Positions 9,950 through 20,463 are shown, numbered from the stretch's first letter. The stretch is DNA of 64,000 nucleotides from Anaerolineae bacterium (GCA_963675785.1 OY776562.1:2080001-2144000); one strand, 5' to 3'. The notes: generated by a model not told the origin, from the letters alone. Program-made: numbers and translations.

Positions 9950-11071
9950 TTATATTGCTCCTGCTGCCCTAAGTCTTGCTTCAATCTCTAGCATCACTTC
10001 CAATCTGCCGCGCGTTGCAGGATTAGGTGGCAAAAAGGGGCATGACTCTTCGGCGCGCGTCGAAATATCGAACGTACCAATGCGGCGCGCCAAATCAATG
10101 ATCTCGGTCTTGTCATAGCCGATCAGGGGGCGGAGAATAGGCACGGGCATGCCATGTGTAATCAACGTCATGTTGGAAAGGGTTTGGCTGGCAACCTGGC
10201 CCAGATTATCACCCATAACAACGGCTTCGGCACCCAGTTCTTGTGCCATGGCACAAGCCCGCGAGACAATGGCACGCTTGCAAAAGACGCAGGTCCAGCG
10301 GCGCTCGTGCATTTCATCCAAAGCCTTGACGATGGGTTCCAGTACCTCAAAATGAGAAGCAACCTCAGGGCGCATGGTCCAGCCATAGCCGTACTGCTCT
10401 AGCACTGCAATGTTGTCCATGGTTTTGGCCGTCTCGATCTCGTTCTGCGAGAAATGCAACGGCACGATGCCGCAGCCGCGCCGCATCATTAGCCAGGCCG
10501 CCACAGGTGAATCAATGCCGCCCGACATGAGTGCTACCACTCGCCCCTCAATACCAAGAGGCAGACCACCTGGGGCCGGATAGTTGGCGCCAAACACGAG
10601 CACGCTATCAACCGTAATCTCAACACCGATAGTCACATCAGCATTTTTCGAAAGATCCACCTTGCCGCCTAGTTCGCGAACGATAGCTTCGCCTGCCAGG
10701 CGGTCAATCTCGGGTGACGTGAGGGGAAAGCGCTTGTCTGACCGACGCGAACGAACGCGAAAACTCATAGCGGGGTTTACCTTGGCCCGCATGGCTTGCG
10801 CCACACATTCCTGAATGATGGCATCGATATTGCGGGCCACCTCAATCACCGGGCTCAAAGAGACAAAACCAAAGACACGCTGGAGATGGGGAATAGCCTC
10901 ATCCACAGCATCGGTTTCGACATACACGCGACTGCGAGTGGAGTAGACGGAACCTTGAATACCGTTCTTTTTGAGGCAGTCACGGGCATTCTGCCGCAAC
11001 TTGCGTACAAAGCGGCTCTGGTTCTTACCCTTGAGCCCAACTTCTCCATAACGCAACAATATCAAACCCAT
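9950..11071 (-). CDS. thiI: tRNA 4-thiouridine synthase ThiI (THUMP + PP-loop, no rhodanese domain, CxxC+C type)
   Basis: [36 protein letters not shown]; WTCVFCKR plus ESCPF. Confidence 0.93.
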   Translation of the reverse strand: MGLILLRYGEVGLKGKNQSRFVRKLRQNARDCLKKNGIQGSVYSTRSRVYVETDAVDEAIPHLQRVFGFVSLSPVIEVARNIDAIIQECVAQAMRAKVNPAMSFRVRSRRSDKRFPLTSPEIDRLAGEAIVRELGGKVDLSKNADVTIGVEITVDSVLVFGANYPAPGGLPLGIEGRVVALMSGGIDSPVAAWLMMRRGCGIVPLHFSQNEIETAKTMDNIAVLEQYGYGWTMRPEVASHFEVLEPIVKALDEMHERRWTCVFCKRAIVSRACAMAQELGAEAVVMGDNLGQVASQTLSNMTLITHGMPVPILRPLIGYDKTEIIDLARRIGTFDISTRAEESCPFLPPNPATRGRLEVMLEIEARLRAAGAI

Positions 11072-11138
11072 CGCATGTATGCTCCCCATAAACTGTTTAC
11101 TTGATTATAGGCTGAGTGCTGCGCCCCCACCAAATGAA

Positions 11139-11168
11139 AACGGAGCAGAATCAAGATTCTGCTCCGTT
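11139..11168 (-). terminator. Intrinsic terminator after secF
   Basis: Perfect aacggagcagaatc/gattctgctccgtt stem with T run on the minus strand. Confidence 0.75.
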
Positions 11169-11191
11169 CCATCAACTACAAACAAAAGGTG

Positions 11192-12130
11192 TTAGGCGTT
11201 GGCCTCAATGGTAGACTTGGACTTGCGAAGCCAGGGCCATTCGCGGTTGTTCCACACCACCAACATGGGCGTGGCAAAGAACAACGAAGAGTACGTGCCG
11301 ATGCCCATGCCCACCAACATGGTGATCATGAACTGCCGGGTGGTATCACCACCAAAGAGAGCAATGGCCAACATGATAAAAATAGCATTCAACTGCGTAG
11401 CCAGTGACCGGTGCAGTGTCTCGAGCAGGCTGCGATTGACAATCGTCTCATAGTTTTCAGTGCGACGACGGGTGATATTCTCGCGAATCCGGTCAAAGAC
11501 GACGATGACGTCTTGAACAGAGAAGCCGAGCACCGTCAACGCAGCAGTAAGGAACATCGTATCGATTTCCCACCCTGCAACAAGCCCCATGATGCTGGCA
11601 AAACCCAGCAAAAAGAGCACGTCATGCATCATCTTGAAAATGGCGATAGCTCCATAACGGCCAGCATGAGGCACCTTGTGGAAAGCCATAGCGACAAAAG
11701 CCAAGATAGCCACCGAAGTCGCCAAAAAAGCTAGTCCAGCCGCACGTGCAGTTTCTTGCCCAACAGCAGGACCGACACTGTTGAACTGCCGCTCTGTAGC
11801 CTCACCAAAAGCCTCGGCCAGTGCAGCGACGATGACACCCTTTTCTTCAATCGACATTGTCTTGGTGCGAATACTGATCGTATTATCAGAGCCAATGGTA
11901 TTGATAGTAGGATCGGAATAGCCCAATTCTGACACAATATCGCGGGCCACTTCGATATCTACCTCATTTGCAAAACTCACTTCCAACACCGAGCCACCGA
12001 CAAAATCAATACCGAGCTGCCAGGGCGACCCCGAATTGATCGTGGAATAGAGCATGGCAATCAGGCCTGGGATAATGAGGATGGCCGAGATGAGAAAATA
12101 CCACTTGCGCTTTTCAACCAACTGAAACAT
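11192..12130 (-). CDS. secF: Protein translocase subunit SecF
   Basis: LGIDFVGG, SVGPAVG, MHDV, DVIVVFDRIRE. Confidence 0.95.
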   Translation of the reverse strand: MFQLVEKRKWYFLISAILIIPGLIAMLYSTINSGSPWQLGIDFVGGSVLEVSFANEVDIEVARDIVSELGYSDPTINTIGSDNTISIRTKTMSIEEKGVIVAALAEAFGEATERQFNSVGPAVGQETARAAGLAFLATSVAILAFVAMAFHKVPHAGRYGAIAIFKMMHDVLFLLGFASIMGLVAGWEIDTMFLTAALTVLGFSVQDVIVVFDRIRENITRRRTENYETIVNRSLLETLHRSLATQLNAIFIMLAIALFGGDTTRQFMITMLVGMGIGTYSSLFFATPMLVVWNNREWPWLRKSKSTIEANA

Positions 12131-12151
12131 GAGTCCTCCTCGTTCCCGCTG

Positions 12152-13495
12152 CTAGACGCCCAAAAGCCACTTTTTGCTGCGGAGCTCTTCTCCCGTCAGC
12201 GCGAACGTTGCCTTGAGTAATGTACGCGTTACGGTAACCGCGGTGAACATGTTGACGGCCACACCGATGGCCAGAGTGAGTGCAAATCCCTTTACCGAGC
12301 TAGCGCCAAAGCTGCCGCCAAAGGCATACAGAATGGCGCAGGTGATCCATGTCGAGATGTTTGAATCAAGAATGGATGACCAGGCACGCTTAAAGCCTGA
12401 AGTAATGGCCCGATCCAGAGAACGCCCTGCACGAAGCTCTTCACGCATACGCTCAAAGATAAGGATGTTGGCGTCAACAGCCATCCCCAAAGAAAGCAGG
12501 AAACCGGCAATACCAGGTAGTGTGATCGTCACCGGAATGAGCTTGTAAAGAGACATCGTGATCAGGCCGTTCATAAGCAAGGCAACATCAGCAAGTGCGC
12601 CGGGCAACCTGTAATAAATGACCATGAACAGAAAGACCACGACCACGCCAATGATACCGGCACGAACGCTCTTGCTCACCGAGTCCTCACCCAACGTGGG
12701 GCCAACTTCTTGGGTGTCAATCACTGTGAGAGGAACAGGCAGTGCGCCATAGCGCAGTTGCAGCACCAGGTTTTGCGCTTCTTCCAATGTAAAGCTGCCC
12801 TGGATAACGCCCTGACCATCAGGAATAGTGCTGCTAATGACGGGGCAAGAGATGACTTCACCGTCCAACACGATGGCAACATACTCATTCGTATGGTTAG
12901 CCGTGTGCTCGGCAAAGATATCAGCACCTTCGGAATCAAGCTCAAAACTGATCATCGGCGTGTTGGTATCATCAAGGGCGACCTGAGCTGTTTTGAGATT
13001 GCTACCAGAAAGGATAGCATCATAGATTGGACCATCGGGGTCATCCAGGTTGACGTCCAAACCCGTGTTCAGGTCAGTACGAACCAATGTGCCCGGTGCA
13101 ACATAGGTAGAACCCGTATCCACCCATTCCATAAGACCCGTCTCACGAAGCATAGCTATAGCTGCCTCGGGATCTTCCAGACCCGGCAATTCGACCTGAA
13201 TACGGTCGGTGCCCACGCGTTGAACCACAGGCTCGGTAACACCGAGACCATTAACACGATTCTCAACGATGCTGCGGGCAGCATCCATCGCGTCAGAATC
13301 TAATTCTTGCCCTTCAGCAAGATCAGCCTGCAAGAGGATCTGAATGCCTCCCTGAAGGTCTAGTCCCTGATGGATAGAAATGTCTGTGTCGATGCCCAAA
13401 AAATGCAACCCAGGGTCAGTCGGCCAGGCAATCCATCCGGCACAAAGCGCCAGGACGGCGATGAAAATGAGTAACCGCTTGTCTCGTTGCTGCAT
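12152..13495 (-). CDS. secD: Protein translocase subunit SecD
   Basis: GLDLQGG, RVNGLGVTEP, LRYGALP, GMAVDANILIFERMREE; start at ATG 13495 after GAGGAG. Confidence 0.95.
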   Translation of the reverse strand: MQQRDKRLLIFIAVLALCAGWIAWPTDPGLHFLGIDTDISIHQGLDLQGGIQILLQADLAEGQELDSDAMDAARSIVENRVNGLGVTEPVVQRVGTDRIQVELPGLEDPEAAIAMLRETGLMEWVDTGSTYVAPGTLVRTDLNTGLDVNLDDPDGPIYDAILSGSNLKTAQVALDDTNTPMISFELDSEGADIFAEHTANHTNEYVAIVLDGEVISCPVISSTIPDGQGVIQGSFTLEEAQNLVLQLRYGALPVPLTVIDTQEVGPTLGEDSVSKSVRAGIIGVVVVFLFMVIYYRLPGALADVALLMNGLITMSLYKLIPVTITLPGIAGFLLSLGMAVDANILIFERMREELRAGRSLDRAITSGFKRAWSSILDSNISTWITCAILYAFGGSFGASSVKGFALTLAIGVAVNMFTAVTVTRTLLKATFALTGEELRSKKWLLGV

Positions 13496-13560
13496 ACAGT
13501 CGGTCTCCTCAGAGTAATGGATGAACGACACATGTCGCCCAATGGCATAATATCATTAGG

Positions 13561-13588
13561 ATTATAGACTCTGCCCACGGTGGGTCAA
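13561..13588 (-). promoter_or_regulatory. Sigma70-type promoter of secDF
   Basis: TTGACC-N16-TATAAT on the minus strand. Confidence 0.6.
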
Positions 13589-13602
13589 ATGCAGTCGCAA
13601 GT

Positions 13603-14013
13603 CTACGCTAGAGTAATACATTTGTCGTTCAGAAAGCCAAGAGCGGCATCACAAACTTGCTGGGGAGACAGTGAATCAGTGTCGATGACAAGGTCGGCGT
13701 GTTGACGGGCATGATCGAGGCGAGCCTGCTGCCGATGAACCACAAGGGCATAGAACCCCATTTCTCGGCGGCTCAAGGCGACATCGGGAGATACATCGAG
13801 AAAGATAAGGTACTCGGGACGAGTAAGGCGCTGCCACATATTGGGGATATCACTGTGTTCCTGGCCGCATTGGTGGGCATCATAGCCCAGGGCACACAGA
13901 AACTCGACCAGCGTACTCTTGCCAGACGCACAAGGGCCCACCACCGCAATTCTTCCAGATATTGGCGGCGGTATTGCATGACGAGCATCCTGCTTTTGGA
14001 GCATGACACTCAC
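13603..14013 (-). CDS. Small P-loop kinase-like protein (nucleoside/nucleotide kinase fold)
   Basis: IAVVGPCASGKSTL Walker A; IFLDVS; ADLVIDTD. Confidence 0.7.
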   Translation of the reverse strand: MSVMLQKQDARHAIPPPISGRIAVVGPCASGKSTLVEFLCALGYDAHQCGQEHSDIPNMWQRLTRPEYLIFLDVSPDVALSRREMGFYALVVHRQQARLDHARQHADLVIDTDSLSPQQVCDAALGFLNDKCITLA

Positions 14014-14028
14014 CTCTTACGGCGCATG

Positions 14029-14760
14029 CTAAATCGGAAAGGTTACCGACATTCTGCGTATATCAATATCTTGAAGGGACTCGCGTACTGTTATTACCAT
14101 GACACTGGTATCATCAGTAGGCCGTCCGTGATCGGCGTCAATGGCAGCAGCCAGCAGAATATCTGCCAGTTCTTGGGCACTGTTCGTGCGAGCAGCATAT
14201 TCGGGCAGGATTGCTGCAAGATCAAGGGCGCCACCAGAACGCTCACCCGCTACACACATGCCATCACTAAAGGCCGCCACACACAGCCCCGCTTTTAGAG
14301 GAATCTCACGAATGACCGGCTTGGTGTCCGGATAGACTCCTACAGGAATGCTGGGCTCATTGATTATGTCTACTTGATTGCCGTACAGCACCAGAGCCGG
14401 GCAATGCGTATTCCGGGAGATGACCAGGGTTTGCGTGTTCAAATCAGCTGACACAATCACCAACTCGGCAGAGACGCTGCCGCTCCGGTGTGTGCGCAAA
14501 TAATCGTGTGCGGCACGAGCAGCTGCGCCATCACGTACACCTTCAGCCAACAAGGAGAGCGCCTTACGCACCACAATATTGCTGATCAACTTGGCATTGC
14601 GCCCGCTGCGTTGTCCGTCCGCTAAAACAACGGATAGCCCCCCCATGGGGCGCTCCACAAACTCGAGCGTGTCGCCGCTCTCTGAAGTGGCATACTTGGC
14701 CACTTTGGCCGCACCCACATCCACTACTAAACCTCGAATACCCAAATCTTTGTCTCCCAC
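14029..14760 (-). CDS. PP2C/SpoIIE-family Ser/Thr phosphatase
   Basis: ESGD, VLADGQRSG, FSDG and DDTSV motifs. Confidence 0.85.
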   Translation of the reverse strand: MGDKDLGIRGLVVDVGAAKVAKYATSESGDTLEFVERPMGGLSVVLADGQRSGRNAKLISNIVVRKALSLLAEGVRDGAAARAAHDYLRTHRSGSVSAELVIVSADLNTQTLVISRNTHCPALVLYGNQVDIINEPSIPVGVYPDTKPVIREIPLKAGLCVAAFSDGMCVAGERSGGALDLAAILPEYAARTNSAQELADILLAAAIDADHGRPTDDTSVMVITVRESLQDIDIRRMSVTFPI

Positions 14761-14874
14761 CAGACCAAACTGGGCTTATTTTACACCCCGCCTGCCTCAA
14801 TAACCAGTTTAGGCTTGACAGCCCCTGTCCCAATCATTAGCTTAACGAAAACATACTCGACAGGAGAATGCGTT

Positions 14875-15771
14875 ATGGCCGGTGAAACAATCGCCTTTAT
14901 TGGGCTGGGTATTATGGGCATGCCTATGGCTCGTCATCTGCTCAATGCTGGCTATCGCGTGGTGGGGCATAACCGCAGCCAGGGCAAAATGGATGCCTTT
15001 GCGGCACTGGGCGGTGAGACAGCGCCATCGAGCGCAGCTGCCGCGGCTGAGGCCAATATCGTCATCTCCATGGTGCCGGACTCACCCGACGTAGAGCTGG
15101 TTTACCTGAGCGAGGAGGGCGTGCTGAGTACGGCGCGACCGGGTACACTGCTCATCGACATGTCCACCATCTCGCCGGTTACAGCACAGCAGGTAGCCCA
15201 AGTTGCTAAAGCCAAGGGGTGCCCCATGCTCGATGCACCAGTGAGCGGCGGCCAGGTAGGCGCAGAAAACGCCCGACTCTCCATCATGGTGGGTGGTAAC
15301 GAACAAGATTTCGAGCGAGCGCGGCCCGTGTTCGAGGTATTGGGCACCCCCACGCTTTGCGGCCCCAGCGGCGCCGGGCAAACCGTCAAAGCCTGCAACC
15401 AAGTACAGGTGGCACTCAACTTTTTGGGGATGGCCGAAGCCCTGGTGCTGGGAGCCAGTGCGGGCGTCGATCCGGAGATCATTATCAAGGTGTTGAGTGG
15501 CGGCTATGCCCAAACGCGCGTGATGGATGTACGCGGTCCAGAGATCGTCAAGGGCAACTATCAGCCGGGGTTTAAAGCTCGTTTTCACTACAAGGATTTG
15601 AACATCGTCCGAGAGACGGCTCGCGCCTATGGCGCTTCGCTGCCTGCAGCCAACTTGGCCCATGAACTATTCACCGCCATGATGGCCAACGGCTGGGGAG
15701 ACCTCGACCATTCGGCAGTGGTCAAAGTCATCGAGATGCTCAGCGGCGTCGAACTATCCGTCAAAGCATGA
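14875..15771 (+). CDS. 2-hydroxy-3-oxopropionate reductase / 3-hydroxyisobutyrate dehydrogenase family
   Basis: FIGLGIMG, DMSTISP, DAPVSGG, KACNQ. The ORF-track TTG at 14815 is part of a TTGACA -35 box, so ATG 14875 after AGGAG is used. Confidence 0.88.
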   Translation: MAGETIAFIGLGIMGMPMARHLLNAGYRVVGHNRSQGKMDAFAALGGETAPSSAAAAAEANIVISMVPDSPDVELVYLSEEGVLSTARPGTLLIDMSTISPVTAQQVAQVAKAKGCPMLDAPVSGGQVGAENARLSIMVGGNEQDFERARPVFEVLGTPTLCGPSGAGQTVKACNQVQVALNFLGMAEALVLGASAGVDPEIIIKVLSGGYAQTRVMDVRGPEIVKGNYQPGFKARFHYKDLNIVRETARAYGASLPAANLAHELFTAMMANGWGDLDHSAVVKVIEMLSGVELSVKA

Positions 15772-15776
15772 AAAAG

Positions 15777-15807
15777 AAGGGGGGACTCGACGAGTCCCCC
15801 CCTTTTT
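15777..15807. terminator. Bidirectional intrinsic terminator
   Basis: ggggggactcg/cgagtcccccc stem flanked by A and T runs, between convergent genes. Confidence 0.85.
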
Positions 15808-15811
15808 GTAT

Positions 15812-17023
15812 TTACTGCCAGGCTTGCTGAATCTTGAGTGCAGCCCAGGCAATATCTTCCATGTCGGCGGGTTGGCCCAGCAGCGCATACTGGGGCAGCC
15901 ATAATCCCCGCAGGCAAGCCTCGTTGGCTATCGGGCAAACCTCATCGGGCTCATCAGCCAAACCCAAATGCTTCCTAATAGCCCGGCGGCGCTCGGTAAC
16001 TACTGTGCTCTCATTGAGCGGCGCGCCATAGCCTACCGACAGGGGAATGCCCTCAGCTTTCATGGCACGAGCGAATTCGCCCGAGCTGTGCCCGCCAAAG
16101 GCTTCCGGCGTGTACCACATTTTGTACAGATGGTAGGCATTACAAGTAACGCGGGGATCGCCGGGCAGGGCGTCAAGGCCCTCTATCTCGCTAAACATCA
16201 TGGATAAAAGCGCCGCATTGGCGCTACGACGAGCATTTTGCTCATCCAGGCGAGCCAACTGGCAACGCAGTACCGCACCCTGCCATTCCGTCAGGCGATA
16301 GTTGCTGGCCAGGGTGATGTGCCCATACCAGGCGCCTTTGACAGCTCGCCCTACGTTATGCACCGACCAGACCTTTTCCCAATGAGCCTCGCTGTTGGTA
16401 ACGATGATGCCGGCCTCACCAGCGGTCATGTTCTTGCTGGCCTGAAAGCTAAAGGTGCCCATATCGCCGATGGCGCCCACCTTACGGCCCTGCCAAGTAG
16501 CGCCATGGGCCTGGGCCGCGTCCTCGATCACCACCAAGCCGTGGCGCCGGGCAATGGCGCAAATGGCGTCCATATCAGCCGGCTCACCGCCAATGTGCAC
16601 CGGGATGATAGCCCGAGTGCGCGGTGTTATGGCTGCTTCCACCTGCTCGGGATCCAGATTCCAGGTATCGGGCAGAATATCGACAAAGCGGGGAATAGCG
16701 CCCACCAGCAGCGGCGCGCTGGCCGTAGCGATAAAAGTATAGGGTGTGGTGATGACCTCATCCCCCCAATCGAGACCAGCAGCTAACAGGGCAACCTCGA
16801 TGGCCGCGCTGCCGTTGGTAACGGCCACGCCAAAAGCGGCATCCTGATAAGCAGCAAAATCACGCTCAAAGGCGTGAACCTGGGTGCCCTCTGGAGCCCA
16901 CCAATCGCCCGATTCGAGCACCTCATTCAGCACGTGGCGTTCCTCATCCCCCCAAATCGGCCAGCGAGGGAAAGCCTCGTCTCGAACGGGTTGTCCACCC
17001 TCAACTGCCAACCTCTCTACCAT
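15812..17023 (-). CDS. DegT/DnrJ/EryC1/StrS-family PLP aminotransferase
   Basis: TFIATA, IEDAAQAHG, SFQASKNMTAGE (PLP lysine), NYRL. Confidence 0.92.
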   Translation of the reverse strand: MVERLAVEGGQPVRDEAFPRWPIWGDEERHVLNEVLESGDWWAPEGTQVHAFERDFAAYQDAAFGVAVTNGSAAIEVALLAAGLDWGDEVITTPYTFIATASAPLLVGAIPRFVDILPDTWNLDPEQVEAAITPRTRAIIPVHIGGEPADMDAICAIARRHGLVVIEDAAQAHGATWQGRKVGAIGDMGTFSFQASKNMTAGEAGIIVTNSEAHWEKVWSVHNVGRAVKGAWYGHITLASNYRLTEWQGAVLRCQLARLDEQNARRSANAALLSMMFSEIEGLDALPGDPRVTCNAYHLYKMWYTPEAFGGHSSGEFARAMKAEGIPLSVGYGAPLNESTVVTERRRAIRKHLGLADEPDEVCPIANEACLRGLWLPQYALLGQPADMEDIAWAALKIQQAWQ

Positions 17024-17046
17024 GTGCTTCTCCTTTACACAAAACG

Positions 17047-17104
17047 AGGCCTTGTGCGGCCGCCCTGGGATTGTCTGGGGGGATAGGGCGACCGCACAAG
17101 GCCT
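17047..17104 (-). repeat. 20-bp inverted repeat (REP-like or regulatory hairpin)
   Basis: aggccttgtgcggccgccct ... agggcgaccgcacaaggcct; the single mismatch becomes G-U on the minus-strand RNA. Confidence 0.7.
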
Positions 17105-17304
17105 ACGTGCGATATTCTAGCACATGGACTTGATGATGTCGCCGTTTTTTTCTTTCGGTTTACATATATTCCAAAAATCTCTATAAAGCGAGACGTTCAG
17201 CAAAGCAATGGGTTATCCAATGCAGATGAACAGCAGCAACAGGCTGCCCGTTGAACAATCAGGCCAGATGCTCTAATGTAGAAACATTGGTCGAAAGAGA
17301 AAAG

Positions 17305-18522
17305 ATGAAAAAACTCGCACGCCATGTCTCACTGAACGCGATCTTCTTTGGCCTCTCTTTTCTGTGGAACTCGTTACATCTACTGATCCTGCCGCTGATT
17401 CTGCTGCCCTTTGGCACCGAGACCACCAAGAATAGCCGACTGGGTTTGCTGACTTTTGTGGGACTGGTAGTGGCCATGTTGGTTCAGCCACTGGTAGGCA
17501 GCTGGAGCGACCGCACCAAACACCGCCACGGACGGCGTGCCCCATGGATCATCAGTGGGGTGCTGCTGGCCCTGCCGCTCATCCCCACCATCGGCCAGGC
17601 GCAAAGTCTGCTGGCTGTGTCGGCATGCTACATCCTTTTACAAATCGTCGGCAACAGCGCCATGGCCCCGGCACAGGGACTGATTCCCGACCATGTAGAT
17701 ATGGGCGAACGTGGCACCGCCAGCGGCATCAAGAATTTGTTGGACTTTTCCGGAGTGATCGCAGCCTCAGTAGTCATGGGCCTGCTGCTGGGAGGCCATA
17801 CGCCCAATATCAGCACTGCGCTATGGGTGTGCCTGGGCGTGCTAGCGGTCAGCGGACTCGTCAACGGCATCAGCGCCGCCCGACAGGCTGAGTTTGTCCC
17901 ATCTTCCTCCCTAGCCATCCCCAAGCAAATCCTGGACGCCGATGTAAAAAAGCACTATGCCCGACTGATGGGCTCCCGCTTTGCTCTACTTACCGCCACC
18001 TACTCGGTGCAGGCCTTTGGCCTCTATTATCTGCAGGACGTGCTGCACGCCGCCAACCCCGCCGCTGAGATGAGCACGCTGATGGCCATCATTGGCGTGG
18101 CTATTGTCCTTGTGGTGGTGCCAGCAGGCACGCTCTCGCAAAAGACCGGCCCACGGCGCCTGGCCATGATCGCTTGCGCCATGGTATCGCTCAGTCTGGT
18201 GGGGCTGGCCTTTGCCCAAAGCGTCTTGTTGGTGCGCATTCTTGGCGGCATCGTCGGGCTGGCCATGGGCGCCTTTCTCAGCAGCAACTGGGCCTGGGCT
18301 ACCTCACTCACCCCCTCTGAAACCGCCGGACGCTATTTGGGCCTGGCTAACATTGCCACGGCTGGCGCTGGCGCCACCTCGCGCCTCTCGGGATTAATCA
18401 TCGACGGCGTCAACAAGGTACAGCCCGGTAAGGGCTATATGGTGCTTTTCTTGCTGGGGGCTGTGTCCTGCGCGGTAGCCTTTGGGCTAAGTAAAAGTGT
18501 GAAGGAGCCGGGAGAATTTTAA
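17305..18522 (+). CDS. MFS transporter
   Basis: About 12 TM segments; QPLVGSWSDRT..GRRAPW (GPH/SLC45-like MFS motif). Confidence 0.85.
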   Translation: MKKLARHVSLNAIFFGLSFLWNSLHLLILPLILLPFGTETTKNSRLGLLTFVGLVVAMLVQPLVGSWSDRTKHRHGRRAPWIISGVLLALPLIPTIGQAQSLLAVSACYILLQIVGNSAMAPAQGLIPDHVDMGERGTASGIKNLLDFSGVIAASVVMGLLLGGHTPNISTALWVCLGVLAVSGLVNGISAARQAEFVPSSSLAIPKQILDADVKKHYARLMGSRFALLTATYSVQAFGLYYLQDVLHAANPAAEMSTLMAIIGVAIVLVVVPAGTLSQKTGPRRLAMIACAMVSLSLVGLAFAQSVLLVRILGGIVGLAMGAFLSSNWAWATSLTPSETAGRYLGLANIATAGAGATSRLSGLIIDGVNKVQPGKGYMVLFLLGAVSCAVAFGLSKSVKEPGEF

Positions 18523-18547
18523 CAGAGCGAACACGTCACGATAGGCC

Positions 18548-18580
18548 AAGCCCCTTCCCGACAAAGGAAGGGGCTTTTCT
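18548..18580 (+). terminator. Intrinsic terminator after the MFS gene
   Basis: aagccccttcc/ggaaggggctt stem followed by ttct. Confidence 0.8.
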
Positions 18581-18785
18581 TATGGAATAAAGGAATCAAT
18601 CCACGTAAACAAATTGCAACATTTAGGTCTTTCAACCTTGCGCTTTCTTTATGATTGCTATAGTATCAATTTGTATGCAATTAGACAGATAAACTCTTGG
18701 GGAAGCACACTAAAAGAACATAAGAGGCTCCGCTTGCATATTAACTCGTAGCTGACACCGAACTCACATAGAAGAAAGCTACCCA

Positions 18786-20318
18786 ATGAATGAATCTGAG
18801 ATAGATCTTCGTACCATATTACAAACGCTTTACAGGTGGTGGTGGGTAATCATCCTCGTCGGTGGACTATCTGCTGTTGCCGCATTTGTCATTAGCACCC
18901 ACATGACGCCCACCTATGAATCGTCGACGCTCCTCATCGTTGGCGGCAGCATTGATAGTTCAACACCCACCAGTGGAGAGCTGCAAACGAGCGAAAAGCT
19001 GGCTACCACCTACGCAGAGTTGGCCGAGACAGATTCTGTTCTAAACGCTGCAATGGGTGAATTGGGCCTTCAGGAAAAACCTCGCGTGGTCTGCTCTGTC
19101 CTATCGGGAACACAATTGCTCCAGATAACCGTTTCCGATTCCGATCCTGTCCGGGCAGCAAACATCGCCAATGCGCTTGCAGAACAGCTTATTTTACAGG
19201 CACCAAACGGCTTGAGTGAGGAAAGTCTGGCCTATCAAGGTTTTGTCAAAGAACAGTTGGCGAATCTAGAACAGGAAATCGGGGATTTGAGCGAGGACAT
19301 TGCTCTGGCCGATAAAGATGGCGATACCGATGCAGTCACCCTCCTGGAAAATCAACTGCGAGAATATCGAAATACCTATTCCTCGTTGCTCGGCTACCTC
19401 GCCGATACCTCGACGAATTCGCTACGGATTTTTGAATCCGCCTCAGCGCCAGACGAACCCATCAAACCCGACGTGAAACAAAATACGATTCTGGCAGCAC
19501 TCATTGGCGTCATGCTCGCAGCAGGCATCATCTATCTCATCGACTATTTCGACGACACCATCAAAACGGACCAGGAGATCGAGCAGGCTTTCCATGTTCC
19601 CGCATTGGGGCACATTACTGAGATCAAGCCTGTGGAGGGCACGTCCGAGTTGGTCGATTGCGATAACCTGCTATCACGGCAAGCAGAGGAATACCGTATG
19701 CTCAACATGAGCTTAAAGTATTCGTTGCCTGCTGATGAGCTAACACGATCCTTCCTGTTCACCAGCACGAACGCCAGCGAGGGCAAATCCCTCACCACAG
19801 CCAACCTGGGGTGCGTAGCCGCCCTTGCCGGGCAGCGCGTCATCATCGTCGATGCCGATATGCGCAAACCCAGGCAAAACTCGCTGTTCTCCATCTCGGC
19901 TAGCCTGGGGCTTTCTTCCTACCTGGTAGGTGAAGCCCAAACTCTCTCAGAGGTCATCTGCCACACGCCTGCCGACAAGCTGGACTTGTTGCCCTGTGGC
20001 ACCATCCCCCCCAACCCCGCCGAACTGCTCATCTCAGCCAGGATGACATCCCTGCTGGAGGAGTTAAAGGCCGCCTACGACCTCGTGCTCATCGACACGC
20101 CGCCCGTACTGGCCGCAGCAGATGTGGCCGCTATCGCCAACCACGTGGATGGCGCCATTCTTGTGGTGCAAGCCGGCAAGACGCAATTCGGAGCGTTCTC
20201 TCAGGCGCTGGAGATTCTGAAAAGGGCCGAGGGCAAACTGCTGGGCGTGGTGATGAACCGCCTGCCAGTCAAGCATTCGCGGTATGCAGGGTACTATTAC
20301 AGTGAGTACAAGGTGTAG
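18786..20318 (+). CDS. Polysaccharide co-polymerase/tyrosine autokinase (Wzc, CapA-CapB fusion)
   Basis: EIDLR Wzz N-terminus, 2 TM, Walker A STNASEGKS, VDADMRKP, PPNPAEL, IDTPP, C-terminal tyrosine cluster RYAGYYYSEY. Confidence 0.92.
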   Translation: MNESEIDLRTILQTLYRWWWVIILVGGLSAVAAFVISTHMTPTYESSTLLIVGGSIDSSTPTSGELQTSEKLATTYAELAETDSVLNAAMGELGLQEKPRVVCSVLSGTQLLQITVSDSDPVRAANIANALAEQLILQAPNGLSEESLAYQGFVKEQLANLEQEIGDLSEDIALADKDGDTDAVTLLENQLREYRNTYSSLLGYLADTSTNSLRIFESASAPDEPIKPDVKQNTILAALIGVMLAAGIIYLIDYFDDTIKTDQEIEQAFHVPALGHITEIKPVEGTSELVDCDNLLSRQAEEYRMLNMSLKYSLPADELTRSFLFTSTNASEGKSLTTANLGCVAALAGQRVIIVDADMRKPRQNSLFSISASLGLSSYLVGEAQTLSEVICHTPADKLDLLPCGTIPPNPAELLISARMTSLLEELKAAYDLVLIDTPPVLAAADVAAIANHVDGAILVVQAGKTQFGAFSQALEILKRAEGKLLGVVMNRLPVKHSRYAGYYYSEYKV

Positions 20319-20463
20319 GGGGAGAATATAAGCATAATAGCTTGAGTCGGGGTTAAGATTAAGTATGTGTAACGCGAAACTACACAACACAGCTATTCCT
20401 AGCCCATAGGGCAGAATGATAGTCGCTCAAGAATCAGCAATACACCAATGCCGCTTCTTGAGA

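Noticed and set aside
18614-18640. Second SigW-type promoter (TGCAAC) upstream of wzc
   Set aside because: There is no CGTA at the 16-nt spacing.
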